From assembly GCA_041495495.1 (NCBI GenBank), contig JBGQCU010000001.1, positions 1-48,348 of the forward strand: a DNA stretch of 48,348 nt, given 5' to 3'. The DNA comes from Candidatus Limnocylindria bacterium (GTDB lineage: Bacteria; Chloroflexota; Limnocylindria; QHBO01). Both the position numbers and the translations under genes were made by a program. Below the pieces are notes generated by a model. That model was not told the DNA's origin and did no database searches. It saw only the letters and a list, made by a program, of their open reading frames with translations. Shown one piece after another: positions 25,828 through 34,628 of the stretch; the stretch's first letter is position 1, and every line of letters starts with the position of its first letter.

Positions 25828-26169
25828 CTATTCGAACAGGGTCGGCAGGTCGCTCACCAACTTCGAGCGGGCGCGCATCGGTCCCAGGCCCGCGGCACGG
25901 GCGGCGGCGTGGGCCTCCAGGTCCACGTGCGGGCCAAAGAGGATCACCCGAGGCCGGGCAGATTCCGGCGCCTCTTCGCACCAGGCGGCGATCCGCCCGC
26001 CCCAGTCCGCGGCACGATCGCCCCAATCGACCAGCAGCAGCCGGACCTCGGCGGGCGGTGGCAGGTCGGTCGGATCAGTGGCACGCACGAATGGAGCGCG
26101 GGCGCGCTCCGCGGCGGCGGCGATCCGCGATGCGATCATCAGGTCGCGGGCGAGGAGCGCGACCGTCAC
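25828..26169 (-). CDS. Hypothetical protein (113 aa), possibly a CheY-like/flavodoxin-like fold without a recognisable phospho-acceptor site
   Basis: The GTG start at 26169 overlaps the stop of the upstream gene (GTGA). The sequence VTVALLARDLMIASRIAAAAERA...VRLLLVDWGDR...RVILFGPHVDLEAH has an alternating beta-alpha pattern. The tracked 241-aa ORF is a shadow upstream of this GTG. Confidence 0.5.
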   Translation of the reverse strand: MTVALLARDLMIASRIAAAAERARAPFVRATDPTDLPPPAEVRLLLVDWGDRAADWGGRIAAWCEEAPESARPRVILFGPHVDLEAHAAARAAGLGPMRARSKLVSDLPTLFE

Positions 26170-26543
26170 TCGGCGAGGGCCGGCTCCGCGTCCAGCGCGT
26201 GGACCGGGTGAGGGTGCACGCCGTTGCCGTTCGAGCCGTTGAGGGGCATGCCGTCGATCACGTAGCGGGCGATCCGCATCGGGAAGATCCCGACCACGAC
26301 CGGCGCGCGGACCTCGACCGACAGCTGGATACCGATCTCGTCGCGCAGCCACAGTTCCTGCAGCTTGGCCGCTTCGCGCTCCGGCAGGCCAACCCAGGCG
26401 ACTGAACCGTCGCGCTCGAGGCATGACATGGCGTCTGGCTGGTCCAGGATGAAGCGACGACGCAGCTCGGCGATGGCGACATAGGGTCGCGAGCTGATGA
26501 AGCGCCGAAGGCTCGAGGTACTCGGCCGCTTGTTGGCGGTCAT
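26166..26543 (-). CDS. Hypothetical protein (125 aa), no family recognised
   Basis: ATG start and balanced amino-acid composition (MTANKRPSTSSLRRFISSRPYVAIAELRRRFILDQ...), possibly a winged-helix-like N-terminus. Coupled to the downstream 113-aa gene. Confidence 0.5.
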   Translation of the reverse strand: MTANKRPSTSSLRRFISSRPYVAIAELRRRFILDQPDAMSCLERDGSVAWVGLPEREAAKLQELWLRDEIGIQLSVEVRAPVVVGIFPMRIARYVIDGMPLNGSNGNGVHPHPVHALDAEPALAE

Positions 26544-26605
26544 GCGCGGGCAACCATGGTCCGTCCGAGTCTAGCGCTCAGGCGCCCGATGCGCTGCCGA
26601 CGGCC

Positions 26606-26950
26606 CTAGGCCCCACGTCCGTGCCCCCAGCCACGCGCGCGCTCCACCGCGGCGCGGATGAGCCGCTTGCCGGGAACCGGCTCGCGCGGTGGGCCTTCAA
26701 GGTCCTGGTCGCTCGGGTAGCGGCGCGCGCGCAGCCCCACCTCCCGGACCCCGGCGGCGTGGATGTCGGTCCCGTCGATGCGAATCGTGGGTGAGCCGGG
26801 GAAGGCAAGCAGCTCCGCGTCGGCGAGCGAGTTGACAGCGATCATCTGGATCGGCGTCTCGAAGGCGTCCTCGGTCAGCACCTCGACCAGGCGCTGGCGC
26901 GCGGTCATGTAGTGCGGATCGGCGTCCGAGTAGAGCAGCTCGACGCGCAT
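26606..26950 (-). CDS. Thioredoxin-fold-like small protein lacking the redox cysteines
   Basis: 114 aa. MRVELLYSDADPHY...LAFPGSPTIRIDGTDI resembles the M.IELLYF.GCP.W ... F.GSPTI.IDG.D family, but the Cys-containing position reads SDADPHY. ATG lies 3 nt after the stop of the upstream gene. Confidence 0.4.
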   Translation of the reverse strand: MRVELLYSDADPHYMTARQRLVEVLTEDAFETPIQMIAVNSLADAELLAFPGSPTIRIDGTDIHAAGVREVGLRARRYPSDQDLEGPPREPVPGKRLIRAAVERARGWGHGRGA

Positions 26951-26953
26951 CGG

Positions 26954-27211
26954 CTAGGCGTAGGTGAAGAAGCCAACCAGGCAGAAGACGGCGACCGTGG
27001 CCAGCAGCGCGGCCACTACCAGCCGCTGCCGCTCTCGGCGGGTGAGGCCGCCGGCTACCGGCCGCACCGCGCGGCCGCGCCAGGCAAGGTAACGCTCGGC
27101 ATTCAGGTCTCGCGATCGGCGCGCGCGGGACGCGCTCCACGCCGGCCACCCGGCGAGGAAGCCTCCGCCGCCTGCCAGGCCGGCAGCGAGGAGCCAGACC
27201 CAGGCGCTCAT
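26954..27211 (-). CDS. Small membrane protein (85 aa, 2 TM helices)
   Basis: ATG 27211 overlaps the pgl stop (ATGA). Sequence MSAWVWLLAAGLAGGGGFLAGW...VVAALLATVAVFCLVGFFTYA. Confidence 0.5.
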   Translation of the reverse strand: MSAWVWLLAAGLAGGGGFLAGWPAWSASRARRSRDLNAERYLAWRGRAVRPVAGGLTRRERQRLVVAALLATVAVFCLVGFFTYA

Positions 27212-27948
27212 GAGGCTTCCGTCGCGCCGGCAGCGTGCGCGTCCAGCAGCCATAGCGTCGAGCGCGCCCGAACGCGCGCCGCGGGGAGGTCGCGAGAGCC
27301 GGAGCGTATCGACCGCACGGCGTCCGCCTTGTCCGCGCCGGTCACGACCACGAGCGCTGCTCGCGCGGCATTGATGACGGGCAGGGTAAGGGTCATGCGC
27401 CACGCAGCCAGCGAAGGCGCCCAGGTGGCCACGGCCCAGCGGCGCTGTTCCGCGAGCGCGGTCGATCCAGGGAAGAGCGAGGCGGTGTGCCCGTCGCGAC
27501 CCATCCCCAGCCAGACGAGGTCGAGGGCCGGAGGGCGCGGGGCGTCGGAAGGGATGCCGAATGCCCGCGCCAACTCGGACTGGTACCGGCGTGCGGTCGC
27601 GTCGCGATCGGCCGCGTCGGCCGGCATGCGATGGATCGCTCCCCGCCTCACCCCCGGCAGGTGCTCCAGGAGCAGCTCCCGCGCAACGCCATAGTTCGAA
27701 TCCGGATGGTCAGGCGGGACGGCGCGCTCGTCTCCCCAGAAGAACTCGACGCGCGACCAGTCGACCGCCCCAACCCGGGGCGGGGCTGCCAGCAGCGCGT
27801 AGACCACCCGCGGCGTCGAGCCTCCCGACAGGGCGAGGTGGAACCGGCCGCGACGGCGGATCGCGTTGCGCGCCGCGGCCACGATCCGGTCGGCCGCCGC
27901 CTCGGCCACCACCGCGGGCGTTGGCAGGACCACGAACCGACGGCTCAT
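27208..27948 (-). CDS. pgl: 6-phosphogluconolactonase
   Basis: ATG 27948 overlaps the opcA stop (ATGA). Motifs LALSGGSTP, FFWGDERAVPPDHPDSNY and LGMGRDGHTASLFPG. The tracked 447-aa ORF extends as a shadow into opcA. Confidence 0.85.
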   Translation of the reverse strand: MSRRFVVLPTPAVVAEAAADRIVAAARNAIRRRGRFHLALSGGSTPRVVYALLAAPPRVGAVDWSRVEFFWGDERAVPPDHPDSNYGVARELLLEHLPGVRRGAIHRMPADAADRDATARRYQSELARAFGIPSDAPRPPALDLVWLGMGRDGHTASLFPGSTALAEQRRWAVATWAPSLAAWRMTLTLPVINAARAALVVVTGADKADAVRSIRSGSRDLPAARVRARSTLWLLDAHAAGATEAS

Positions 27949-29231
27949 CCGGCCAGGTCCACCTGGCGCGCGGAGGCAAGGAAGATCGCCGCGGCGCGGA
28001 GCGCGGCCTCGTAGACGGGATCGTGCGCATGGCTGACCAGGTCCGCCGCCAGCAGCTCCGACTCGGTCGGCTGCTCCATCGGCATGCGGCGCAGCAGGGC
28101 TGTCATGCCATCGGCATTCGAGGCAACCACCGCCTCGTCCACCGAGCGCTCGATGATGAACTCGGCCGCGCCCGTCTCCCCGAAGGCGCGCAGACGCACG
28201 GAGACCAGCTCGCCCGGCTGCAGCGCATCGGTCTCGACCGGCTCGATCTGCAGGTCCACCATCTCGTGGCGACCTTCGAGGGTCAGCCGCAGCCGACCGT
28301 CGCTGAGCGGCAGGTCGGTGGTGCTGCGACGCCACTCGAGGCGAGAGGCGATCCAGCCGGCGAACAGGATCGGGCCGGCCAGCGGCGAGGCGACACGCGG
28401 CTCCCTTTCGCCTGGATGCGCTGTCGGTCGCGCGCGCCGAGCACGGCGGCGGGCCGTGGGGACGGCGTAGCGGATCGCGAGGCGATTCAGGTTCGGCAGG
28501 TAGCGGCGGAAGCGCGGGGCGTCGAAGAACTCGGCGGTCAGCTCCTGCCACCAGCCCAGCCTCCGCCAGCCGAGGTCGCCGACGCCGCTGCGGCGCCGGA
28601 GCGTGGTCAGCCGGCGCAGGCCGCGCAGCAGGTCGCCGAACTCGTCGCTGTCGACCACCACCCGGTCGCTCATCTCGACCAGCTGGTCGAAGATCGGGTC
28701 AGCGAAGGGCGGATCGCCCGGCCACCAGACGTGGGTCGGCAGGTCGTGGATGAGGAGCGGCGCCACCACCCCGGCCAGGTGCTCGGCGGCCTCGCCCCGT
28801 ACGGTCAGCACCACCACCTCGTAGCAGACCGGCTCGCGGGCGTCGATCCCGCGATGACAGTGCGCGGTGATTGCGGCGCTCAGCGCAGGGCCCTCGGCCA
28901 CCGGATCAGCAGCCAATACGATCGCCCGCGACGGGTGACGGACGCCCAGGCCGATCATCGTCTCGACCACCTGCGATGCCGCAAGCTCATCGGGCACCAT
29001 CACGATGAGGTTGAGGACCGAGGCGCGGGCGTGGTGCAACCCCTTCTCGGTAACGGTCGGGTCGTCGCCGCGCGGATGATCCGTCCACAGCCGGGCGAGG
29101 TGAGCCCCGATCGCCCCAACGCTGGTGTCGTGCTCGACCCATGGCTGGGTGACGGTCGAATCTGCGTCGCCGAAACGCATCAGGCGGCGGTGCACGGCCA
29201 GCGCCCGCTTGGCGGCCGCCGTCCGATTCAC
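27945..29231 (-). CDS. opcA: Glucose-6-phosphate dehydrogenase assembly protein OpcA
   Basis: 428 aa. The GTG start overlaps the zwf stop (GTGA). Its position between zwf and pgl, and its N-terminal region (...VGAIGAHLARLW...ASVLNLIV...), are typical of OpcA. Confidence 0.75.
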   Translation of the reverse strand: MNRTAAAKRALAVHRRLMRFGDADSTVTQPWVEHDTSVGAIGAHLARLWTDHPRGDDPTVTEKGLHHARASVLNLIVMVPDELAASQVVETMIGLGVRHPSRAIVLAADPVAEGPALSAAITAHCHRGIDAREPVCYEVVVLTVRGEAAEHLAGVVAPLLIHDLPTHVWWPGDPPFADPIFDQLVEMSDRVVVDSDEFGDLLRGLRRLTTLRRRSGVGDLGWRRLGWWQELTAEFFDAPRFRRYLPNLNRLAIRYAVPTARRRARRARPTAHPGEREPRVASPLAGPILFAGWIASRLEWRRSTTDLPLSDGRLRLTLEGRHEMVDLQIEPVETDALQPGELVSVRLRAFGETGAAEFIIERSVDEAVVASNADGMTALLRRMPMEQPTESELLAADLVSHAHDPVYEAALRAAAIFLASARQVDLAG

Positions 29232-30838
29232 GGCCGTCGCCAGGCGCGCCCGTCGCGCTCGAGCAGCTCCTCGGCGGCGACCGGACCCCAGCTGCCGGCC
29301 GGGTAGAGGTGCAACCGGCCCCCGTCGCCAGAGGCCCAGGCATCCAGGATCGGGTCGAGGATCTCCCAGGCGCGCTCCACCTCATCGTCGCGGGTGAAGA
29401 GCGAGGCATCGCCGATCATGCAGTCGAGGAGGAGCGTCTCGTACGCGTCCGGCGAGTCGACCGCGAAGCTGGAGCCGTAGCGGAAATCCATGTTCACACC
29501 GCGGATCTGGAGCCCCGGCCCGGGGACCTTGGCGCCGAAGCGGAGGAGGATCCCCTCGTCGGGCTGAATCCGGATGGCCAGGATGTTCGGCTCCATGGGA
29601 GGCGCCCCCGCACGCGAGAAGAGTGCCAACGGGGCCTGCTTGAACTGCACGGCAATCTCCGTCACGCGCGTGGCGAGCGCCTTGCCGGTGCGCAGGTAGA
29701 ACGGCACGCCGGCCCATCGCCACGACTCGATCGACAGCTTCAGCGCCACGTACGTCTCCCGCTCGGAGTCGTGCGCGACCTCCGGCTCATCACGGTAGGC
29801 CGCAACCGGCTGCCCCTCGACCCAGCCGGACACGTACTGGCCTCGGATCGTGGCGGCGGTCACCTCGGTCGGCGACATCGGCTTCACCGCGCGCAGGACC
29901 TTCACCTTTTCGTCGCGCAGATCGGAGGCCTTGAACTCGATCGGCGGCTCCATGGCGAAGACCGCCATCAGCTGCAGAGCGTGGTTCTGGACGATGTCGC
30001 GCAGCGCACCGGTCTCGTCGTACGACTCGCCGCGACCCTCGATCCCCACTGTCTCCGCCACCGTGATCTGCACCGAGTCGATGTAGCGCCGGTTCCAGAT
30101 CGGCTCGAACAGGCCGTTGCCGAAGCGAAAGACCGACAGGTTCTGGACCGTCTCCTTGCCCAGGTAGTGATCGATTCGGTAGATCTGGTCCTCGTCGAAG
30201 ACGTCCCGCAGCTGGCGGTTCAGCTTGCGTGCACTGGGCAGGTCGAACCCGAACGGCTTCTCGACGATGACCCGCGACCAGCCGCGGCTGCGCCGGCTCT
30301 CGTCACCGTCGCTGCCGGACAGTCCGGCGGCACCGATCTGTCGCACGATCTCGGCATGCAGGGCGGGCGGCACGGCGAGGTAGAAGAGCCGGTTGCCGGA
30401 CGTGCCGCGATCACGATCGATGCGCTCCAGCCGCGCGGCCAGGGCCGCCCAGGCCTTCTCGTCGTGGAACTCGCCCCGCTGGTACTCGATGCCCGCGCTG
30501 AACGACTCCCAGATCGACGCCTTGGCGGGCCGATTGCGGCTGTAGCGGTCGATCCCCTGCCGGAGGTGGTCGCGGAAGTCGGCATCGCTCAGATCGCGAC
30601 GCGCGAAGCCGACCACCGTGAACTCCGGAGGTAGGGCGCCGCCCAGCATCAGGTTGTAGAGCGCGGGCGCCAGCTTGCGTTCGGTCAGGTCGCCGGTGGC
30701 GCCGATGATCACCATGGTGCACGGCTCCGGCATGCGTCCCAGGCGCAGCCCGACGCGCAGCGGGTTGCGGCTGCTGACCGGCCGCCCCTCGTGCCTGGCG
30801 GCGGGCGGCGCGTCGGCGGCCTTGCTGCGCGTCGTCAT
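29228..30838 (-). CDS. zwf: Glucose-6-phosphate 1-dehydrogenase
   Basis: GATGDLTERKL dinucleotide site, RIDHYLGKE active-site motif, EKPFG. The true start could be the internal Met (MPEPCTMVIIGATGDL) at 30733. Confidence 0.9.
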   Translation of the reverse strand: MTTRSKAADAPPAARHEGRPVSSRNPLRVGLRLGRMPEPCTMVIIGATGDLTERKLAPALYNLMLGGALPPEFTVVGFARRDLSDADFRDHLRQGIDRYSRNRPAKASIWESFSAGIEYQRGEFHDEKAWAALAARLERIDRDRGTSGNRLFYLAVPPALHAEIVRQIGAAGLSGSDGDESRRSRGWSRVIVEKPFGFDLPSARKLNRQLRDVFDEDQIYRIDHYLGKETVQNLSVFRFGNGLFEPIWNRRYIDSVQITVAETVGIEGRGESYDETGALRDIVQNHALQLMAVFAMEPPIEFKASDLRDEKVKVLRAVKPMSPTEVTAATIRGQYVSGWVEGQPVAAYRDEPEVAHDSERETYVALKLSIESWRWAGVPFYLRTGKALATRVTEIAVQFKQAPLALFSRAGAPPMEPNILAIRIQPDEGILLRFGAKVPGPGLQIRGVNMDFRYGSSFAVDSPDAYETLLLDCMIGDASLFTRDDEVERAWEILDPILDAWASGDGGRLHLYPAGSWGPVAAEELLERDGRAWRRP

Positions 30839-30845
30839 CGGTCGG

Positions 30846-31775
30846 TCAGGAGCCCTCGCCGGAGGACTTCACCGCATGTCCGCCGAACTCGTTGCGCAGC
30901 GCGGCCAGGACCCGGTCGCTGAAGCTGTCCGGATCGCGCCGGCTGCGCAGGCGCTGGAGCAGTGCGAGGGTGATGATCGGAGCCGGGACATCGTGCTCGA
31001 TTGCCTCGGCGACGGTCCAGCGGCCCTCGCCCGAGTCGGCGACCCAGCCGCGGATCTCCGCCAGGTCGTTGCCCTCCCGGGCGAATGCGTCGCCGGCCAG
31101 CTCCAGCAGCCAGGAGCGGATCACCGAACCGTTGTTCCACAGGCGCGCCACGGCGGCCAGGTCCAGCTCGAACTCGGACGCGTGCAGGATGTCGAAGCCC
31201 TCGCCGTATGCCTGCATCAGGCCGTACTCGATGCCGTTGTGCACCATCTTCACGTAGTGGCCGGCGCCGGAGGGGCCGCAGTACAGGTAGCCGTCCGGCG
31301 GAGCCAGCGACCGCACCGCCGGTTCGAATCCCGCGAAGACATCCCGCTTGCCGCCGACCATGGCGCAGAAGCCGACCTGCAGTCCCCAGATGCCGCCGCT
31401 GACCCCCATGTCCAGGAACTCGAGGCCGCGCGCTTCAAGCTCGCCGGCTCGTCGCTGCGAGTCGTGGAAGTTGCTGTTGCCGGCGTCGACGATCACGTCG
31501 CCGCGAGACAGGATCCCGGCCAGCCTCTCGACCAGCTCAGTCGTGGCGTCGCCGGCCGGCACGCTCACCACGGCGTGCCGCGGGGGGCTGACCAGCCCGG
31601 TGATCGCCTCGAGCGAATCGGCCACGGTGATGCGGCCACCGTTTTCGGGCTCGGCCGCGAGCTCCGCCGACACGGCCGGAGTGCGGTTCCAGGCGATCAC
31701 GTCGTGTCCGCTGCGCGCCAGGCGCCGCGCCATCCCCGCGCCGATTCGCCCCAAGCCTGCGATCGCGATCTGCAT
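30846..31775 (-). CDS. gnd: 6-phosphogluconate dehydrogenase (decarboxylating), short ~300-aa type
   Basis: MQIAIAGLGRIGAGMARRL Rossmann motif, GAGHYVKMVHNGIEYG, and a short C-terminus typical of the YqeC/Gnd-like subgroup. Confidence 0.8.
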   Translation of the reverse strand: MQIAIAGLGRIGAGMARRLARSGHDVIAWNRTPAVSAELAAEPENGGRITVADSLEAITGLVSPPRHAVVSVPAGDATTELVERLAGILSRGDVIVDAGNSNFHDSQRRAGELEARGLEFLDMGVSGGIWGLQVGFCAMVGGKRDVFAGFEPAVRSLAPPDGYLYCGPSGAGHYVKMVHNGIEYGLMQAYGEGFDILHASEFELDLAAVARLWNNGSVIRSWLLELAGDAFAREGNDLAEIRGWVADSGEGRWTVAEAIEHDVPAPIITLALLQRLRSRRDPDSFSDRVLAALRNEFGGHAVKSSGEGS

Positions 31776-31812
31776 CTGCCTCGACCCGTCTCCCTTTCCT
31801 GCGGCGGCGCCG

Positions 31813-33528
31813 TCAGGCGCGCGCCGGCTCTCCCAGCGTCTCGTGCATCATCGCCTCCAGGCGCATCAGCCCGGCCGCCGGATCGGCAAGGTGCAGGCGC
31901 AGCACCCGGCGTCCGCGACGCTGCAGCGCGGCCAGGTCGCCCGCCGCCTGGGCGGCGATGAGGATCCCGAAGCTCTCCTGCCAGCCGGGAATCGGCAGGT
32001 CGCGCCGGGGATCGGCGGTGATCTGCAGGAACAGGCCGCTGGCCGGGCCGCCCTTGTGCAGCTGCCCCGTCGAATGCAGGAACCGCGGCCCGAAGCCGAG
32101 GGTCGTCGCCATCCCGGTCTTGTCGCGGATGACGCCGCGCATCCGCTGCAGCTGCTCGACCGTGCCCGGATCCGCCGGGAGGTAGGCGAGCAGCGCGAAA
32201 TAGTCGCCGTTGCTCCCCGCTTCGAGCAGGGCGCGCAGCGCCCCGTCGACCGTCACCGGTTCGTCGCCGAGCGCGGCAGGATCTCCGTATGCGGCGATTT
32301 CGGGTTCCGCGACGAGCGGGGCCGGCTGCGGCAGGGCACCGTCGCGACGGTACGCGTCCAGCAGCGCCCGGGTGGCGTCCTTGGCCTCCTGCACGTTTGG
32401 CTGGTCGAATGGATCGATGCCGAGCACGATCCCCGCCGCCGCGGTCGCCACCTCCCAGCGCACGAATTCGGCGCCGATTTCGAGCGGGCCTGCCACCTCG
32501 AAGTGCAGGGCAGGGTGCGCCCGCCGCGCCAGGTCCGCCGCGAGCCGCGTCCAGCCCGGGTCGGCATCATCGGCGCTGGCAACGAACACGAACTGGCGAT
32601 CGGCGCCATATGCCTCGGCTGCCCCGAGCGGCTCCCCGACCACCGGGATGATGCCCCGCCCGGCCTTGCCGGTGCTCTCGGCCACCAGCTGCTCGATCCA
32701 GTCGCCAAGGCTTGCCAGCCGGGGAGAGGTGAGGATGGTGAGCTTGTCGCGTCCGGCCAGCGCCGCCTCCCCGATCGCGGCGCCGAGCTGGAGCCCCGGG
32801 TTGTCTGGCGCCGGGCGACGACAGGCGTCGGCCATCTCGTCCGCCCGCGACAGGAGGCCCTCGAGATCGACCCCGTGCAGCGCTGCCGGCAGGAGCCCAA
32901 AGACCGACAACGCGCTGTAGCGGCCGCCGACATCGGGCTGGCCCTCGACGATGGCCCGGAAGCCCTGCGAGCGGGCGAGGTCGGCGAGCAGGGTGCCGGG
33001 GTCGGTGATCGCCACGAAGTCGAGCGCCGGGGCGTGTGCGCTCATGGCGGCATGGAAGGCATTCGGCTCGGTCGTCGAGCCGGACTTGCTGCTGACGCAG
33101 AAGAGGGTGCGCCCCGACTCAGCCCACTCGCGGAAGCCGCGCACCGCGTCCGGGTGGGTGGAGTCCAGGATCCTCAGCTCCAGGCCCGGGTGCGCCGCCT
33201 CCGGCGCGCCCATGGCATCGCCGAAGACCCGGCTGAAGAGCTCGGGCGCAAGGCTCGAGCCCCCCATCCCCAGCACCGCCGCCCGTCCGTACCCGTCGTC
33301 GCGCACCTCGCGGGCGATGCGTTCCAGCTCCGCGACCCGAGCCCGCATGCTGAACGGAAGGTCCAGCCAGCCGAGCCAGGCGGAGAGCTCCTCAGGCCGC
33401 TTCCCCGACGCTGCCCAAAGGGTCCCATCCCGCGCCCACAGCCGTTCGGCGACCCGCCCTCCGGCCCACTCAGCCAGGCGCGCCGTGATCGCCGATGCCA
33501 CCGGCGATGAGCCGACCTCGCCGCTCAC
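31813..33528 (-). CDS. pgi: Glucose-6-phosphate isomerase
   Basis: The GTG start at 33528 overlaps the tal stop (GTGA). Sequence ...LGWLDLP..., GMGGSSLAPE, SKSGSTTEP, GGRYSALS. The tracked 677-aa ORF has a shadow N-terminus inside tal. Confidence 0.8.
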   Translation of the reverse strand: MSGEVGSSPVASAITARLAEWAGGRVAERLWARDGTLWAASGKRPEELSAWLGWLDLPFSMRARVAELERIAREVRDDGYGRAAVLGMGGSSLAPELFSRVFGDAMGAPEAAHPGLELRILDSTHPDAVRGFREWAESGRTLFCVSSKSGSTTEPNAFHAAMSAHAPALDFVAITDPGTLLADLARSQGFRAIVEGQPDVGGRYSALSVFGLLPAALHGVDLEGLLSRADEMADACRRPAPDNPGLQLGAAIGEAALAGRDKLTILTSPRLASLGDWIEQLVAESTGKAGRGIIPVVGEPLGAAEAYGADRQFVFVASADDADPGWTRLAADLARRAHPALHFEVAGPLEIGAEFVRWEVATAAAGIVLGIDPFDQPNVQEAKDATRALLDAYRRDGALPQPAPLVAEPEIAAYGDPAALGDEPVTVDGALRALLEAGSNGDYFALLAYLPADPGTVEQLQRMRGVIRDKTGMATTLGFGPRFLHSTGQLHKGGPASGLFLQITADPRRDLPIPGWQESFGILIAAQAAGDLAALQRRGRRVLRLHLADPAAGLMRLEAMMHETLGEPARA

Positions 33529-34628
33529 GCCGGAGCGAGCGCCTGGCGCTGGGCGTCGATGACGCCCATCAGGTCCTCGAACGAGCGGGTGAAGGCAGCC
33601 ACGCCCTCGGCGATCAGCTCGTCGGTGACCGTTTCCATCCGAATTCCCTGCGCCTCTACCGCCCGCAGCGCCTCGTGCGCCTGCTCCAGCCCGACGTCGA
33701 GCGTGCGCCGAACCAGGCCGTGATCCAGGAAGGCCTGGATCGTATCGGTCGGCAGGGTGTCGACGGTCTGCGGCCCGATCAGCTCCTCGGCGTACATCAC
33801 GTCGCGGTAGGCCGGGTTCTTGGTGGAGGTACTGGCCCACAGGCAACGCTGCACACGAGCCCCGCCTGCGCGCAGATCGGCGAACTCAGCGCCGCCGAAG
33901 ATTTCCCCGAAGGCTCGGTAGGCGAGCTTGGCGTTGGCCACAGCTGCCTTGCCGCGGGCGGCCAGGGCTGCATCGGTCCCGATTGCGTCGAGCGCCTTGT
34001 CGACCTTGGTGTCCACCCGGCTCACGAAGAAGGACGCCACCGATGCGACCCGGCCGATGCCGGCGCCCGCCGCGTGCCGGCGCCGCAAGCCGGCGAGGTA
34101 GGCGCGCGCCACGGCGCGGTAGACCTCCACGCTGAACATGAGGGTGATGTTGATGTTGATCCCGTCCGCAATGCCCGCCTCGATCGCCGGCAGGCCGGCC
34201 GGCGTGGCCGGGATCTTGACCAGCACGTTAGGACGCCCAAGCCGGGCCCACAGGTGCCGTGCGCGCTCCAGGGTGCGCGCCGAATCATCGGCCAGGTCGG
34301 GCTCGACCTCGATCGACACGAAGCCGTCGGCCCCGTCGGAGTCGTCGTACACGGCGCGCAGGATGTCGGCGGCATCGCCCACGTCGGCGATCTCGATCTC
34401 CTCGAAGATCTGGCGGCTGTCGTGACCCGCGGCGATCTCGCGCCGGATCAGCTCGTCGTACTGGCCTGAGGCGACCGCCTTGGCGAAGATGGTGGGGTTG
34501 CTGGTAAGCCCCCGGATCCCCTGGCCGACCTGCTCGGCGAGCCGCCCGCTGGCGATCAGCTGGCGATCGATGAAGTCGATCCACGGGCTCTGGTCCTGCT
34601 CGGCATGCAGCCGTTGCAGCGTATTCAT
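33525..34628 (-). CDS. tal: Transaldolase
   Basis: GLTSNPTIFAKA, active-site Lys in VLVKIPATPAG, FFVSRVD. ATG overlaps the tkt stop (ATGA). Confidence 0.9.
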   Translation of the reverse strand: MNTLQRLHAEQDQSPWIDFIDRQLIASGRLAEQVGQGIRGLTSNPTIFAKAVASGQYDELIRREIAAGHDSRQIFEEIEIADVGDAADILRAVYDDSDGADGFVSIEVEPDLADDSARTLERARHLWARLGRPNVLVKIPATPAGLPAIEAGIADGININITLMFSVEVYRAVARAYLAGLRRRHAAGAGIGRVASVASFFVSRVDTKVDKALDAIGTDAALAARGKAAVANAKLAYRAFGEIFGGAEFADLRAGGARVQRCLWASTSTKNPAYRDVMYAEELIGPQTVDTLPTDTIQAFLDHGLVRRTLDVGLEQAHEALRAVEAQGIRMETVTDELIAEGVAAFTRSFEDLMGVIDAQRQALAPA

